Shown in pieces: positions 12,514-45,366 of a stretch of DNA of 64,000 nucleotides (positions are counted from its first letter, which is position 1; each line of letters starts with the position of its first letter). Made by a program: the position numbers and the translations under genes. Below the pieces are notes generated by a model, which was not told the origin of the DNA, did not search any database, and saw nothing but the letters and a program-made list of their open reading frames with translations. Origin of the DNA: Eledone cirrhosa (taxonomy: Eukaryota); the NCBI GenBank assembly GCA_964016885.1, contig OZ024760.1, forward strand, positions 14,756,001 to 14,820,000, read 5' to 3'.

Positions 12514-15500
12514 CATATCAATCATTTCTTTCTCAGTGTATTCTAGGATCACATACACAGTATATTCAGACACACAGCTGTTGTTTAGTCCCACAACCAT
12601 CACCATCACAACCACCCATCACTACCACAAGCACCCCTCACAACCATCACCACCACAAGCACCCCTCACAACCATCACCACCACAACCACCCCTCACAAC
12701 CATCACCACCACAACCACCCCTCACAACCATCACCACCACAACCAACACTACAACCACAACCACCCCCATCATCATCACCACCACCAACACTACAACCAC
12801 CCCCATCATCACCACCACCAACACTACAACCACAACCATCACTACAACAACCACTCACCACCACTACAACCATCACTACAACTACAACCACCCCTCACAA
12901 CCATCACCACCACAACCACCACCACAACCATTCCTCACCCCCACAACCACCACTGCCACCACATGATTGTGTCAGGTTGTTAATGTTGTTACAATTAAAC
13001 AGTAATTGTAGGCATTAGATGAAATCTCTTCCACTTAAAATTGCTGCCTTAGCTTTAATTATGGTACATTGAAATACATGAGCTCCCGGTAATTACTGTG
13101 TCCAGGCTATTGATATTATAAATTACATTATATTATATTGTATATAGAATATGTGAAGACACGTGGCCTGGTTGTTGGGGTGTTGAGCTTACAATCATAA
13201 TGTAGAGGGTTTGATTGCTGGATCAAGTTTTGTCGTGAAGGTGCATGGTGGCCTAGTGGTAAGGGTGTTGGACTTAAGATCATAATGTCGGGGGTTCGAT
13301 CCCTGGGCTGTATTGTGTGTTGTGTTCTTGAGCAAAACACTTCATTTCATGTTGCTCCAGTACACTCAGCTGGAAATGAGTACCAGCAGAATGTGGGGGA
13401 TTTAATTCTGCAATGGACTGTCACCCTATCCATGGGGGGAGTCTTGTGCTCTCAGTCACATAACACCAAAAAAAAAAAAAAAAAACCGGAATAAACACCA
13501 GCCTAATGGACCCCCGAGCTTGACAAAAACTAGACTTTTAGATTCTGATGCATTTTACACTACGATCATAATGTAAGCGGATTTAATTCCTGGACCGAGT
13601 TTTGTTGTATTCTTCAGCAAAACATTTCATTTCACGTTGCTCCAGTATACTCAGCTAGCTGAAAACGAGTACCAGCAGTATGTGGGGGGTTTAATTCTGT
13701 GCTGGACTGGTACGCTATCCATGGGGGGGGGGGGGGGGGAGTTGTGTACTCTTAGTTGCTTAATACCAAAGAAACCAGGATAAACTCCAACCTAATGAAT
13801 CTCCGGGCTTGAGACAAACTAGACTTTTAGATTCTGATATATTGTACACATCTTATACTATAAATATTTCTCCAAATTGGCTGACTGGTTAGACCATTAC
13901 TCAATAAGGTACTCGATACTTGGGGTAGTAGAGAATGGCTATATTATAAACAGTTGGGACTAACTGTTGAAATGGCAACATCTCTGCCGTCGGGTCTTGA
14001 CTCTTGGTGATATATGTGTGTGTGTGTATATCGTCATCATTTTACGTCCGCTTTTCCCTGCTTGCAAGGGTGGGACGGGAACTGATTCTGGCTTGATTTC
14101 TACAGCTGGGTGCCCTTCCTAACACCAACCTCATTTAGAGTGAGTGCTGGGTGCTTTTTTGCCGTGGCGCCTCCACATCCACTTTACAGTGTGGGCTGGG
14201 TGCTTTTTTGCCATGGCGCCTCCACATCCACTTTACAGTGTAGGCTGGGTGGTTTTTTGCCGTGGCACCTCCACAACCACTTTGCAGTTTGCAGTGGAAT
14301 GATAGGGACCCCAGTCCCTATCATCTCATTTCTACAGCTGAGTAAATTGGAGCAATCCTTATATATATATCTGTTTACGTGTGTACACAGAGCTGTGATT
14401 TCGGACTCAATCCTACTGTGTGACACCTTGAGACTCTGTCTTATACTATAGACTCAGTGAACAAGAAACTGTACAGAAGCCCATCCTGTTGATCAATCTC
14501 CTTCCATTATGATGTAGCTGGTGGATAGGTATGTAGGTAGGTGGATAAGTAGGCTGGAGGATGGGTAGGTAGGGTGTGGGTGGGTAGGTAGGTAAATAGA
14601 TAGGTAGGGATGTGGGTAGGTAAGTCTGATAGCTAAGTATGTGGGAAGATGGGTAGGTAGGTAGGTCTGATAGCTAACATGACCTCAATGATCATTCAGT
14701 CACAAGAGAGTGGAGCTGAGATGAAAGGAATTACCAGAGGGTGGGGGGCGTGGGAAGGAAGAGGAGAACTATATCTCCCCCCTTCACATCCCTAAATGCA
14801 TCCACCCTGTGAGGGTGGAAATAATGAAAATAAACATGAACCTGGTCATTGAGAAAGCTACAATAATATTGTATTCCACAACTACCCATGTTAACAAATA
14901 GCCTTAAAGTTGTTGGTTTAAACATGTAGCCTTGTGATTTGCTAGAAGCAGCAGTCAAATCTTCCTCAAAGTCATGAGGTGTCCTCTTTGTGTATATATA
15001 TAGTATTGATCATCCTTGGGTCTACAATTTGCTTCCTCAAAGTTGTGAAGTTAACGTGTGTGTATTTGTAGTATTAGTCCTACATACTCCTGCAATTAGC
15101 TAGAAATAGCAGCCAAATCTTCCTCAAAGTTGTAATTTATGCTGAGACGAGCACATTTCAAATTTTCCCAGTGCTTCTTAATTAACGTGTAAGTGAGTGA
15201 CTGAGCATTCCCCAGACACGTGTACCTTTAATGTAATGCTCAGGGAGATTCAGTATGACACTGTACAACAAGACTGGCCCCTTGAATTACAGGTAGAGTC
15301 CATTGTATATTATAATGTATGAGGCTGAGTATTCCACAGACATGTGTACTCTTAATGTAATGCCCCGGGAGATTCTGTGATGCAGTGTGTGACAAGGCTG
15401 GCCTTTTGAATTACAGGTAGAGTCCATTGAACAAGAGACTTCTGAATAGTTTCTGTCTACCAAATTTCACTTCCAAGCCATAGGTTAAATCGAGACTATG

Positions 15501-15619
15501 GTAAATGACACTTGATTGAACCTAAGACCTAATGATTGTGAAGCGAGTCTCTTAACCATTCGACTTTGCTGTGGTGGCCACACAACATCTGATAAATCCA
15601 ATGTTTATTTGGTTTAGAC

Positions 15620-16167
15620 CAAAGGTTCTCTAACATTTTGGGTCACCGCCCTCCACACACCACCACGGACACCCTCAGCCCCCGCCCCCCAAACCCTATT
15701 TCCAGAGAGACCTGCCTGCACACAAATTGTAAATGATATATAATATATAAAATTATTGATTTATATATAATAATTTATATAATATATACTATGTATAAAT
15801 AAATATAACCCATGCTAGCGTGGAAGATGGACGTTAAACGATGATGATGATGGTAAACACTTTATTTCATATAATTATCTCACATACTGTCAAATCTACG
15901 AGATTTTGATATCATTTATTTTGAGAAGAATACCTTAACATAAGTAGGAACAGCCAGTTACAGCTGGTTTGAAACAGAAAGAGGTGAGAGAGTTCTGGCC
16001 GGATATGGCCAGTTTAAATGCTAAAGGGTTAATATACTATTATATCATCTCGACTGTCCCCTTAGCCCCCCCCCCCCCCCCCCCACCCCTCCCTCCTCCT
16101 CCCCAGACCTTCTCAACACCACTCGAGGGGTTGGGGGATCATAGAGTCCACTTTGAGAGAATCTCTG
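15620..16167. mobile_element. hAT MITE with nested SINE-tail and piggyBac-MITE fragments
   Basis: TIRs CAAAGGTTCTCT / AGAGAATCTCTG; exact 8-bp target duplication GTTTAGAC. Confidence 0.8.
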
Positions 16168-16431
16168 GTTTAGACAGTCATTGATGTTGAAAAAACTATT
16201 AACTGGATTTCTCAACTATGTAGTAGGAAAGGTCAACTAGGAAAGATCAGTCAGGCATAGTCAACGGGTGCAAACACAAATGGAATTTCAACAATGTTTT
16301 CCCTGATCTGCTTTTGATTTTGAATTTCTGTGATTAAACAAGTGGTTTCCAGAGACCCAGGTCATATTCCTCTCCTTGCAATCCCAGCCTTCCTCAACTC
16401 CCACATTTTGACTTGTCATTTAGTATAACTT

Positions 16432-16767
16432 TTATAAAGACTTCAGTTCATTCTCTTGATTATTCTTTGGACAAAAGAGTATTTTATCTTGACACATCCT
16501 TTTAATAGCACATGCAAGATGATATATATTGGAACATTGGAATTTGAAACAAGCAAGTGTTGTCCCATTCTTATAGTAAATAGAATATTCTAGTGAAATC
16601 CCACATTGATACAATTGTTTCATGTTGATTAGAGCACCATTTAATGTCTCATACACTTTGTGAGACCACAGGGCACAGTTTAAATGGGTCCATTTATCAA
16701 CATCCAAGTTTCATAACCTTGCTGGTCCATTTGAAGCTCCGTCTCCATGGGTATGACAATAATAGCA
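16432..16767 (-). pseudogene. Decayed intronless fragment of a KMT2C/D (MLL3/4, trr) extended PHD domain
   Basis: Reads CYYCHTHGDGASNGPARL*NLDVDKWTHLNCALWSHKVYETLNGALIN...CFKFQCSNIYHLACAIK...DKILFCP. Has an in-frame TGA and has lost a CxxC pair; no other KMT2 exons in the window. Confidence 0.85.
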
Positions 16768-17332
16768 AACTGAAGATAACAATTTTTACTTAGCTTTTTA
16801 TTAGCATGAGGAAACTTTTCCAACCTAATAGTATAGTCAAGTGGTTTTCAGAGACCCAAGTCAAATTCAACCCTATGCAATCCCTGCTTTCCCCAATTCA
16901 TGAGCAAGCTTTTTATCAATTATTGTATAGGCCAGTGGTTCTCAAAGACCGAGACAATGTTCTTTTTGCAATCCCAGGTTTTTGGACCCCGGACTGCCGA
17001 GCTCCTCTGTAAGATCGGACGTTGGTGGCCAGTCTGAGGAAAGAGCCCCGCGAAATGGGGTGTCTGATAATTATGACATGTATGTATATATATATATATA
17101 TGGGTGTGTGCACATTATTTGAAGCGTTAAACTAATATATTTCTTAATTGTACTGTGTCGTTTGTTACTTCTGTTTACTTTTTACCGACATAAATATATA
17201 TATATATATGTAGGAGGTGAGTTTTATTGTAGTACAATAAAGCAATGCAGATATCGGATAAGAGCACTCTACAGTTTGTAAGACTGGAGTATAAATAATA
17301 TAAGATCAAAAGATGGTTAAAAGACTTCCATG

Positions 17333-17403
17333 TATTTTATTATGCGCATTTCAAAAACAAATATCATCATGAGATGACATTTGCGTTTTCGTCAGATAAA
17401 ATA
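17333..17403 (-). ncRNA. Hammerhead ribozyme, long-stem-II family (B)
   Basis: TATTTTAT-CTGACGA-AAACGCAAATGTCATC tcat GATGATATTTGTTTTT-GAA-ATGCGCAT-A-ATAAAATA. Confidence 0.8.
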
Positions 17404-18063
17404 GGGATACAATGTCATCTCATGATGATATTTGTTTTTGAAATGCGCATAATAAAATACATGGAACTCTTTTAACCATCTTTTGATCTTATATTATATA
17501 AATATATATATATGTGTGTGTGTGTGTGTATCTATAGGAAAATCTGCTTCGTACAATCGAGACGTATCCGAGGACCGCGCGATTTCAGAGTCAGGTTTGA
17601 TCACCACATCGATCGTGCCTCGAGCTGTTCGCCCGAGAAACAATTGTAATATGTCCAATAAATTCCTTTCGTCACAACACTGATTCTCTTTTTTCTGTGA
17701 TATATATATATATATACACACATATATTACCTTGAACTTTTCAATTAGGAGTATTATATTTTACTTGATTGTCTCTTAAAGGAAAATGATGTGTATATAT
17801 GTGTGTGTGCTTGTGTCTATGTGTGTATATGTATGTGAGTGCGTGTGTATGTGTGTGTTTATCTGAAAAGGTTCCATTGATTTTTGGAGAGAAACCAAAA
17901 GTTCTATCACAGTAATACAAACTCTCCAGCATGTGTACATGTATGTATGTATGTATGTATGTATGTGTGTATGTATATATATATAATATGAGTGTGTGTT
18001 ATCAAGTGTTCACAGACTATATATATGTAGTTATATATTCCCATAACTCTAATAAATGTCTAT

Positions 18064-18104
<41 letters not shown>

Positions 18105-18362
18105 CTTTCTCTCTCTCTCTCTCTCAAACTCATGTAAACACATACATGGGCATGTCTAAACATATACAAGCATAAGCAAACACACGTCACACATACAGGT
18201 ATGCATGAACAAATAATCACACACACAGAGCCACACGTACACACACATGCAAACTATATAAAAACTAGAAAAGCAATTTTTATTTTCTGAGTCAGCCTCA
18301 ACCTTCTCTCTCCCTGAGCTTTCTTAGCTGTATCCTGTCTGCTGTGATCTATTATGTATATA

Positions 18363-18426
<64 letters not shown>

Positions 18427-18484
18427 TACATACATATATGTATATATATACATACATGTATGTATATCTATATATATATATATG

Positions 18485-18560
<76 letters not shown>

Positions 18561-18797
18561 GTTTACCTTTTACATACACACACATATATGTGTTATATAT
18601 ATATATATATATATATATAGGAGGTGAGTTTTATTGTAGTACAATAAAGCAATGCAGATATCGGATAAGAAGCACTCAACAGTTTGTAGGACTGGAGTAT
18701 ACATAACATATAAGAACAAAAGATGGTTAAAAGAGTTCCATGTATTTGAAATGCGCATAATAAAATACATGGAACTCTTTTAACCATCTTTTGTTCT

Positions 18798-18856
<59 letters not shown>

Positions 18857-20211
18857 TATGTGTGTGTGTGTGTGTATATATGCATATGTGTATATATGCA
18901 TGAGTGTATATATATGTGTGTATATGCATAGCATTTATTTATTTTTTCACTTTTATCAAATTCCTTTATATCTTTCCATTATTTATACATCTCTTGTCTT
19001 GTTATTTACCTAGTAAAGTAACGTAGATTGAAAAACAACTACTGTACAAAGTAGATGTTTTCATTATTGCCTATACACTGTTGGATTGATTTGTCACTGC
19101 TCATCCTCCTCTCCTTTTTTTTTCTTCTTTTTCTTCTTCCTTTTCTTTTTCTTCTTTTTATTTTCTTTTTCTTCTTTTTCTTCCTTTTCTTTTTCTTCTT
19201 TTTCTTCTTCCTTTTTTTTTTCTTCTTTTTATTTTATTTTTCTTCTTCCTTTTCTTTTTCTTTTCTTTTTCTTCTTTTTCTTCTTTTTCTTCCTTTTCTT
19301 CTTTTTCTTTTACTTCTTTGATTTCTTCTCCTCACCCTCCTGTCGCTCCAACCCCCACCCCTCAAATTGACAACATTGGAAAAGATTTTTTGTTCATAAT
19401 ATTTGTTGTGCAGAGCTGTTACATTGAAAAAGGGCTTCTTGGTTCATAATAATTGTTGTGCAGAGCTGTTACATTGAAAAAGGGCTTCTTGGTTCATAAT
19501 AATTGTTATTGTTGAATGGTCCTCCAAACTCCTTGTTTGACAAGCTTTTTTTTTTTTTTTGTTATGTCTAGATGCCCTTCCTATCATCACCAACCACTTT
19601 ACAGCATGTACTGAATGTGTTTATCATGTAGTGGGGCTAGTGACTTCCCAGACAGGCCAAAGGGTCTGTATCCCATTTACTATGGTCATATCGAGTGCAG
19701 AGGATAAGTTGTCATGTCTTTTGACAGAAACTAAAGGGTCCTCCTAACCACTTGTTCGGCAAGATTTCTATGGCTGGATGCTCTTCCTAACACCAACCAC
19801 TTTACAGTGTGTACTGGGTATATTGTGTAGATCACCAGCACTATAGAGGCTGTCACATCCGGTCCTTGCAACTCTTTGTTTGGCAAGCTTTATTTACAGC
19901 TGGATGTCCTTCCTATCACCAACCACTTTACAGCATGTACTGGGTGCTTTTATTGTGTAGATCACCAGCACTTGGGAGGCTGTCAAGTCCTTGACACAAC
20001 TAAAGAGTCCGCCCAACCGTTTGTTTGGCAAGCTTTCTACAGCTGGATGCTCTTCCTAACACCAACCACTTTACAGTATGTGCTAGGTATATTTATTGTG
20101 TAGATCACAAGAACTACACGATAATTAAGATATTTTGATTTCAACTTTTCATATACACTGCCACCTTTTTTGTTTTTGGCTTCTGAATTCATTTATTTAT
20201 TAGGTTCACAG

Positions 20212-20280
<69 letters not shown>

Positions 20281-20447
20281 TGTAATAAACAACATAAAAC
20301 AATTATTTCATTTACCAAAGGTTTCATGAAGACAGATGAGCTTGACACAGACGTCTGAAATCGTCTTATGTTGTTTATTACATAACTAAATAGCTCTGTA
20401 ACCTACATAGAGCACTCTCCTTTCCTTTACCTTTCCTATGGAAACAC

Positions 20448-20491
<44 letters not shown>

Positions 20492-20523
20492 TATATACAT
20501 ATATATATATTTATTTGTAGCAA

Positions 20524-20694
20524 ATGGATTCCTCCATCAGTCTTATAAAAGATGCTTCAGCTTCTCTGTCATCAACGGACATGGTTACCAAGGAATCCAT
20601 CATACAGCAGGCACAGCAGCTTATAGATGAAGTTAATGATAAGCGCAAACATGAGGAACTCTTCAGTGAGTACCGAAAACAGTTGGAAAAACAT
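20524..20694 (+). CDS. SYCE2: SYCE2-like synaptonemal complex central element protein, coding exon A
   Basis: TTGTAG acceptor ends 20520. Encodes MDSSISLIKDASASLSSTDMVTKESIIQQAQQLIDEVNDKRKHEELFSEYRKQLEKH, then GTGAGT donor, phase 0. AQQLIDEVNDKR resembles SYCE2 AQELIENINKSR (recall). An upstream coding exon cannot be excluded. Confidence 0.78.
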
Positions 20695-21974
20695 GTGAGT
20701 TTATTGGTTTATAATTCTTTGTGGCCATCATCATGACGATAGCAATGATGGTGACGATAGTGATGATGATAGTAAGTGTGATGGTGATGGTAGTGTTGGT
20801 GATGATGACGATGTTGATGGTAGTGATGGTGATGATGATGATGACAATGATTATGACGATAGTGATGGTGATGGTGGTAATGACTGATTTTGATGTTGAT
20901 GGTGATGATAGTGAGCTTTGGTGATGATGTTGATGTTGATGGTAGTAATGACAATGAATATGAGGACAATGGTGATGATGATGGTGAGTGTTTTTTTTTT
21001 CTAAGAAAAGCCAGGTTGCACAATATATAATGAAGCATGTACTGTATAACAGTAAAAGTATCAGATTTTTAAAGTGTTGGGGGCAGAGATGAGGAATGAG
21101 GGTGGAGATGATGGTAGAAATAGCTGGGGGGGGGGGGGGGTAGAGTGAGTGGTGGGGATGGGGATGCTGGCAATTAGAATGTTTGCTGCATGTCTAGAGG
21201 AGCAGAAATTACACACATCTGGTTTGAAACATGGTGAAGAATGTTGTTTGGAGATTAGAAATAGGGAATGTTGACTTGAAAGAGATGTTGTGTTGTGTCA
21301 TGCAAAGACAGTAATATATTCATTTGAATGATTAATGGTTATTGTAATCATTTATAATTTAGGCACAAGGCCAGCAATTTTGTGGAGAGTGTTAATGACA
21401 GGAGGGATAGTCAATTAACCCTTTAGCATTTTGCCCAATGTTCTAAGATACTGTATTTAACCCTTTAGCATTTAAACTGGCCATATCCGGCCAGAATTCT
21501 CTCACCTCTTTCTTTTCAAACTGGCTGTAACTGGCCGCTCATATTTGTGTTATGGTATTGTTCTCAAAATAAATAACATGAAAATCTCGTAGATTCGATA
21601 TTACGTGAGATAATTATGTAAGGTAAGCCTTTACCACAAAAAGCCATAGTATATATAGAGTATATCTGGCTGGATCGATAAAATAAAACACCAGTCAAGT
21701 ACTGCGGTTCATTGAATTTTACTTTTCCCTTTTCCTCCCCAAATTGCTAGCATTGTGCTTAAACTGTAGAGTAGGAGATTGGCAGTCATAAAAGCTTTGG
21801 ACAAAATATCTAGCAGTATTGTATTTCTTCTGATTCTTTGCTTTCTGTTCAAATCCCACAAAAGTGGATTTTGTTTCTCATCTTTCCAGAGAAGTGGGTT
21901 GATAAAGTAAATTAAAGAGTAAAACCCTTTTTTGGTCATGAATGAATATGGGTTTTGCACCTAGAAAGATCCCC

Positions 21975-22255
21975 TTCAATGTACGAGCCCGGGCAAAGTG
22001 TTTTTTGTGGACAATCAGCAGTCACCCATGCATACCATTCTCTCCTCTCCATGCCACTGATGTCCAAGGGAAAGGCAAAGACCGATGCCGTTTAGCACAA
22101 GTTATGTCGCAACTCATTTCTACAGCTGAGTGAACTGGGGCAACGTGAAATAAAATGTCTTGCTCAAGGACACAGCACATCTCGCGGTTCGGGAATCGAA
22201 CTCACAACCTCATGATTGTGAATCAAACTCTCTAACCACTAAGCCATGCACCTTC
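21975..22255 (-). mobile_element. Second tRNA-derived SINE family (CORE-like); copies near 6265-6500, 13160-13830, 37750-37990
   Basis: Minus strand reads TGGCTTAGTGGTTAGAG...GAGTTCGATTCC...CCTTGAGCAAGACATTTTATTTCACGTTGC.CCAGTTCACTCAGCTG. Confidence 0.75.
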
Positions 22256-22402
22256 AGTAAAATAAAGTGCCAGTCAAGTATTGGAGTCAATATAATTTGA
22301 CTTGTCCCTTTTCTCCCCTCCAAATTTGCTGGCCTTCCTCCTAAATTAGAAACCGCTTTAGTAGATTGGTAATTTCTTCATTTGGATACCATTTCTTTCC
22401 AG

Positions 22403-22612
22403 ATTGAGAGGCGATGTATCATGGCACAGCAACAAATGGTAGATATGTATGAAGTGCATGGCAGACTTATGGAAGAGAAGCTAAAGAAACTGTTTAGCTG
22501 TCTAGATCGTGTCGGAAAGGCTGAATCAGAATTGATGGCTTTCAAGGAGTCATTGGCAATGTTATACCAAGAAATGCAATTAGACATCGATCAAATCAAG
22601 ACCTCTCCCTAA
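22403..22612 (+). CDS. SYCE2: SYCE2-like protein, terminal coding exon
   Basis: TTTCCAG acceptor. IERRCIMAQQQMVDMYEVHGRLMEEKLKKLFSCLDRVGKAESELMAFKESLAMLYQEMQLDIDQIKTSP*. In frame with exon A (126 aa total). Coiled-coil pattern Y..H...M.EKL...E.EL......Y as in SYCE2. Confidence 0.78.
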   Translation: MERRCIMAQQQMVDMYEVHGRLMEEKLKKLFSCLDRVGKAESELMAFKESLAMLYQEMQLDIDQIKTSP

Positions 22613-22695
22613 ACTTAAATTAACACACACATTATTATCATCATTTTTAATAATATTTATCATCATTATCACTATCATTATTATTAGATAACAAG

Positions 22696-22885
22696 GGCGG
22701 TGGATTGGCAGTATCGGTAGAGGGTCGGACGCCATGCTTTCCAGCATAGTTACGTCCCTTTACGATCTGAGTTCAAATCCCGCCGAGGTTGACTTTGCCT
22801 TTCATCCTTACGGGGTCGATAAAATAAAGTACCAGTAATGCACTGGGTAATTGCTGGCCTTGTGCCTAAAGTAGAAACAATTATT
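22696..22885 (+). mobile_element. tRNA-derived SINE, same family; more copies near 4500-4850, 12114-12300, 23100-23305, 29100-29520, 37505-37695, 47553-47740, 50500-50610, 60335-60525, 63130-63290
   Basis: A-box-like TGGCAGTATCGGTAGA, B-box GAGTTCAAATCC, conserved body. Confidence 0.85.
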
Positions 22886-24174
22886 GTTGTTACTTCTAAT
22901 ACTGCTGCCACCACCACTTACTGCTGCCGCCATCGCTACTACTACTAATATTACCACCAATATCACTACTACTACTACTACCACCACCAATATCACTACT
23001 ACTACTACTACCACCACCACCACTGCCTCTACCACTACCACCAATATCACTACTAGTACTACTACTACTACTACTACTAACACCACCACCACCACCAAAG
23101 TCAGAGTTATAGCCCTTTACGTTCTGAGTTCAAATCCCACCAAGGTTAGCTTTGCCTTTCATCCTTTCAAGGTTGATAAAATAAAGCACCAGTAATGCAC
23201 TGGGGTAGATAAAATAAAGCACCAGTAATGAACTGGGGTCGATTTAATCGACTTTCTCCTCCCCTTCAAATTGCTGGGCTTGTGCCTAAAGTAGAAACCA
23301 TTATTCTATACCATATGTCTATTAATTAATGTTCTTTCATCAGTTTTGTTGTTGTTGTTATTATTTCATACCTACTTTATTTTACTGCATTAATAAAACA
23401 TAGACTCCTCCATATATATTTTGAAACAAAAATTGTGTCTTTGTAGTCTATAATTCTTCACACCATTGTATTAGTGTATTGCTTTATGTATTTTTGTGTG
23501 GATGGCATCCCTGAGTAATTTCGCCTTAGTCATTAGTGGTTCTATACTATCAGTAATATGGTAAATACTAAGAAGTCTGTGTTTCATTAACCTTCAGTAT
23601 GCTAGAAATTTTTATGAATTGCTTCCCTTGACACTGTTTTATGTATTAAGGGGAGTTACTCTATTGGTGACATAGTGTGCCTGTAGCATCCAGAAGATTA
23701 AAGAGGTGTAGTAAAACAGAAACATATCTGGAGTTCTTTCCCCATACTTTCCAAGATCAGATTAAAATAATATTGTTCATTTTCTTCTCCTCACTGTATA
23801 TACTCGTATATAAGCTGAGAAATATGTGAAATACAGAGTGAATATAGAGATTGGTAAAATCATGGTGCCAAGTGGTTTCGGCTTGTGTATTCCGCAAGCT
23901 TTTTTGAGAATGTAGTTACACCCTTGAAAAGGCTTACAGGACACACAAGCTGAAACCACTTGGTTCCGCAGTTGGGATTTACCCCCTCCCCCCCTTCTCT
24001 CTCTCTCTACACACACATATATATATATATTCCGAAGAGATTGTTTTGGTAAAAACAGGAGCAAGCAGGAGAAAGCTCTCAACAATTGCAGTTTTTAGTT
24101 ACGATGGAGATTTTTTATAAAAATAACAAAATAAGATGCTGAGGTTATTTATGTAACCTCACCATCTTATTTTG

Positions 24175-24215
<41 letters not shown>

Positions 24216-24253
24216 TACAAATATTAATAAAATAGATGTTCTTTTTATCAATT

Positions 24254-24310
24254 ACATTTTATTATACATATTTCGGATGTACAACAGTACGTCCTCATCA
24301 GACAAAATAT
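24254..24310 (-). ncRNA. Type I hammerhead ribozyme
   Basis: ATATTTTGT-CTGATGA-GGACGTAC tgtt GTACATCC-GAA-ATA tg TAT-A-ATAAAATGT. 9-bp stem I, 7/8-bp stem II. Confidence 0.8.
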
Positions 24311-24530
24311 AATGATATATGACATACCCTGAGATGTTAAATGGTTAAGATTTAATCAAGGTAGTCTTGATTAAATCTTAACTCATTGAATATTGTTTAA
24401 CTCTTTAATATATATATATAAATATATATATATATACACACACATATATAATGCCTTTTATATCTAAATTCTTCAAGGGATATTAAATAATTTTTCCAAT
24501 TTTTCTGAACACATATTCTAGTAACAGAAG

Positions 24531-24562
<32 letters not shown>

Positions 24563-25142
24563 ATGAAAAAACAAACAACACTAATCCCTGCCAAAACAAA
24601 GAAAAGGTTTTGAAAGGAAATAGATAAAAGGAATTTTATTTACACTGGTATTTGGAAAAATTTAAATGGTTTAATGAAGATTAAACCGACCCTGCTTTAG
24701 AAGTGTATTATTTTGTATCTCTTCAATACAGTTTCATTCTTTACTTTCCACTTCTTACTTTATACCGTATTTCCTGGCATTAAAGGGGCTCTAATATCAT
24801 AGACATACCTCCATTTTGTGTTACTATTTTTTTTTTTTATCTTTTGATTAAGGTAACCTTTGGCCTTCAAAATACAGGACAAATTTTCAAGATTTATTTT
24901 TTGGGGGAAAAAATTCCATCTTCCACACTGGGAGATATGATAAATATATTTAACCTGTATACAGAATTCTGGTGAATAAATCCAGAAATCTGAATCACCT
25001 CTAGTCCCAAACTTGCTGAATAAATGGTTTGGTACCTGTACTAAATGATACTAACAGCTAAATTAAACCAATCCACTGTGTCACTCATACTAACTACTAC
25101 TAGCCAAAAATAAACATACTGTCCCCAACCATTTAAAGTCTT

Positions 25143-44529
<19,387 letters not shown>

Positions 44530-44937
44530 GTTACCTGAAAGATAGATGTATTATTTACAAAGCAAGTGTTACCCTTAAAATTTACTAGGAGGCCACCTAG
44601 GGTGCAAAACTAAGAGAAACACATCACTAAACCTTAACCCGTTAGCATTTACATTACTCTCTATATATTATTATATTTTCATGGTAAACACTTTATCTCA
44701 CATAGTTATCTCACATAATATCGAATCAATGAGATATTGATATTATTTATTTTGAGAATAATACCTTAACATGAGTATGAGTGGCCAATTACGTCCAGTT
44801 TGAACAGAAAGAGGTGAAAGAATTTTGGCCAGTTTAAATGCTAAAGGGTTAAAGGACTAATTTTATCCCTCTTTTTTGAATAATTAAATAGAATTATATA
44901 ATTAATTTTGTATAATTAAATAGAATTATATAATTAA

Positions 44938-45039
44938 TACGACCACAGTCTGAGAAAGATGTCGATATGGTTATCAGATAATGAGAAAGTTTCCGAATTT
45001 CTTTTTGATTTTATTCACAATATCTTTGTTAAGGTGGAA
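44938..45039 (+). pseudogene. Orphan 102-bp copy of the 3' half of paralog-2 exon 2
   Basis: Aligns without gaps to 56530-56631 with 5 differences; no splice acceptor in front of it. Confidence 0.85.
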
Positions 45040-45281
45040 GATGGACATTAAATGATGATGTTGATATATATATATATATATAAACGATGATGATGATGAT
45101 ATATATATATATATATATAGTACAAGAATGAAGAATAACATGGTCGATTGTACAAAAAGGTTTTATTTACAGTATTAAAAATTGTTTTATTAATTAGGTG
45201 AGTCTAAAAGCTGCTGATCACTAGAAATTACAACAATTGACCTTAATTATAGCTGGATTACCTTAAACAATACCTTGTTAT

Positions 45282-45366
<85 letters not shown>

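Noticed and set aside
16432-16707. Functional KMT2C/D exon
   Set aside because: In-frame TGA just upstream, lost zinc ligands, deletions, and no neighbouring exons.
22700-22790. tRNA genes
   Set aside because: The A/B boxes belong to SINE heads; there is no cloverleaf and the SINE body follows directly.
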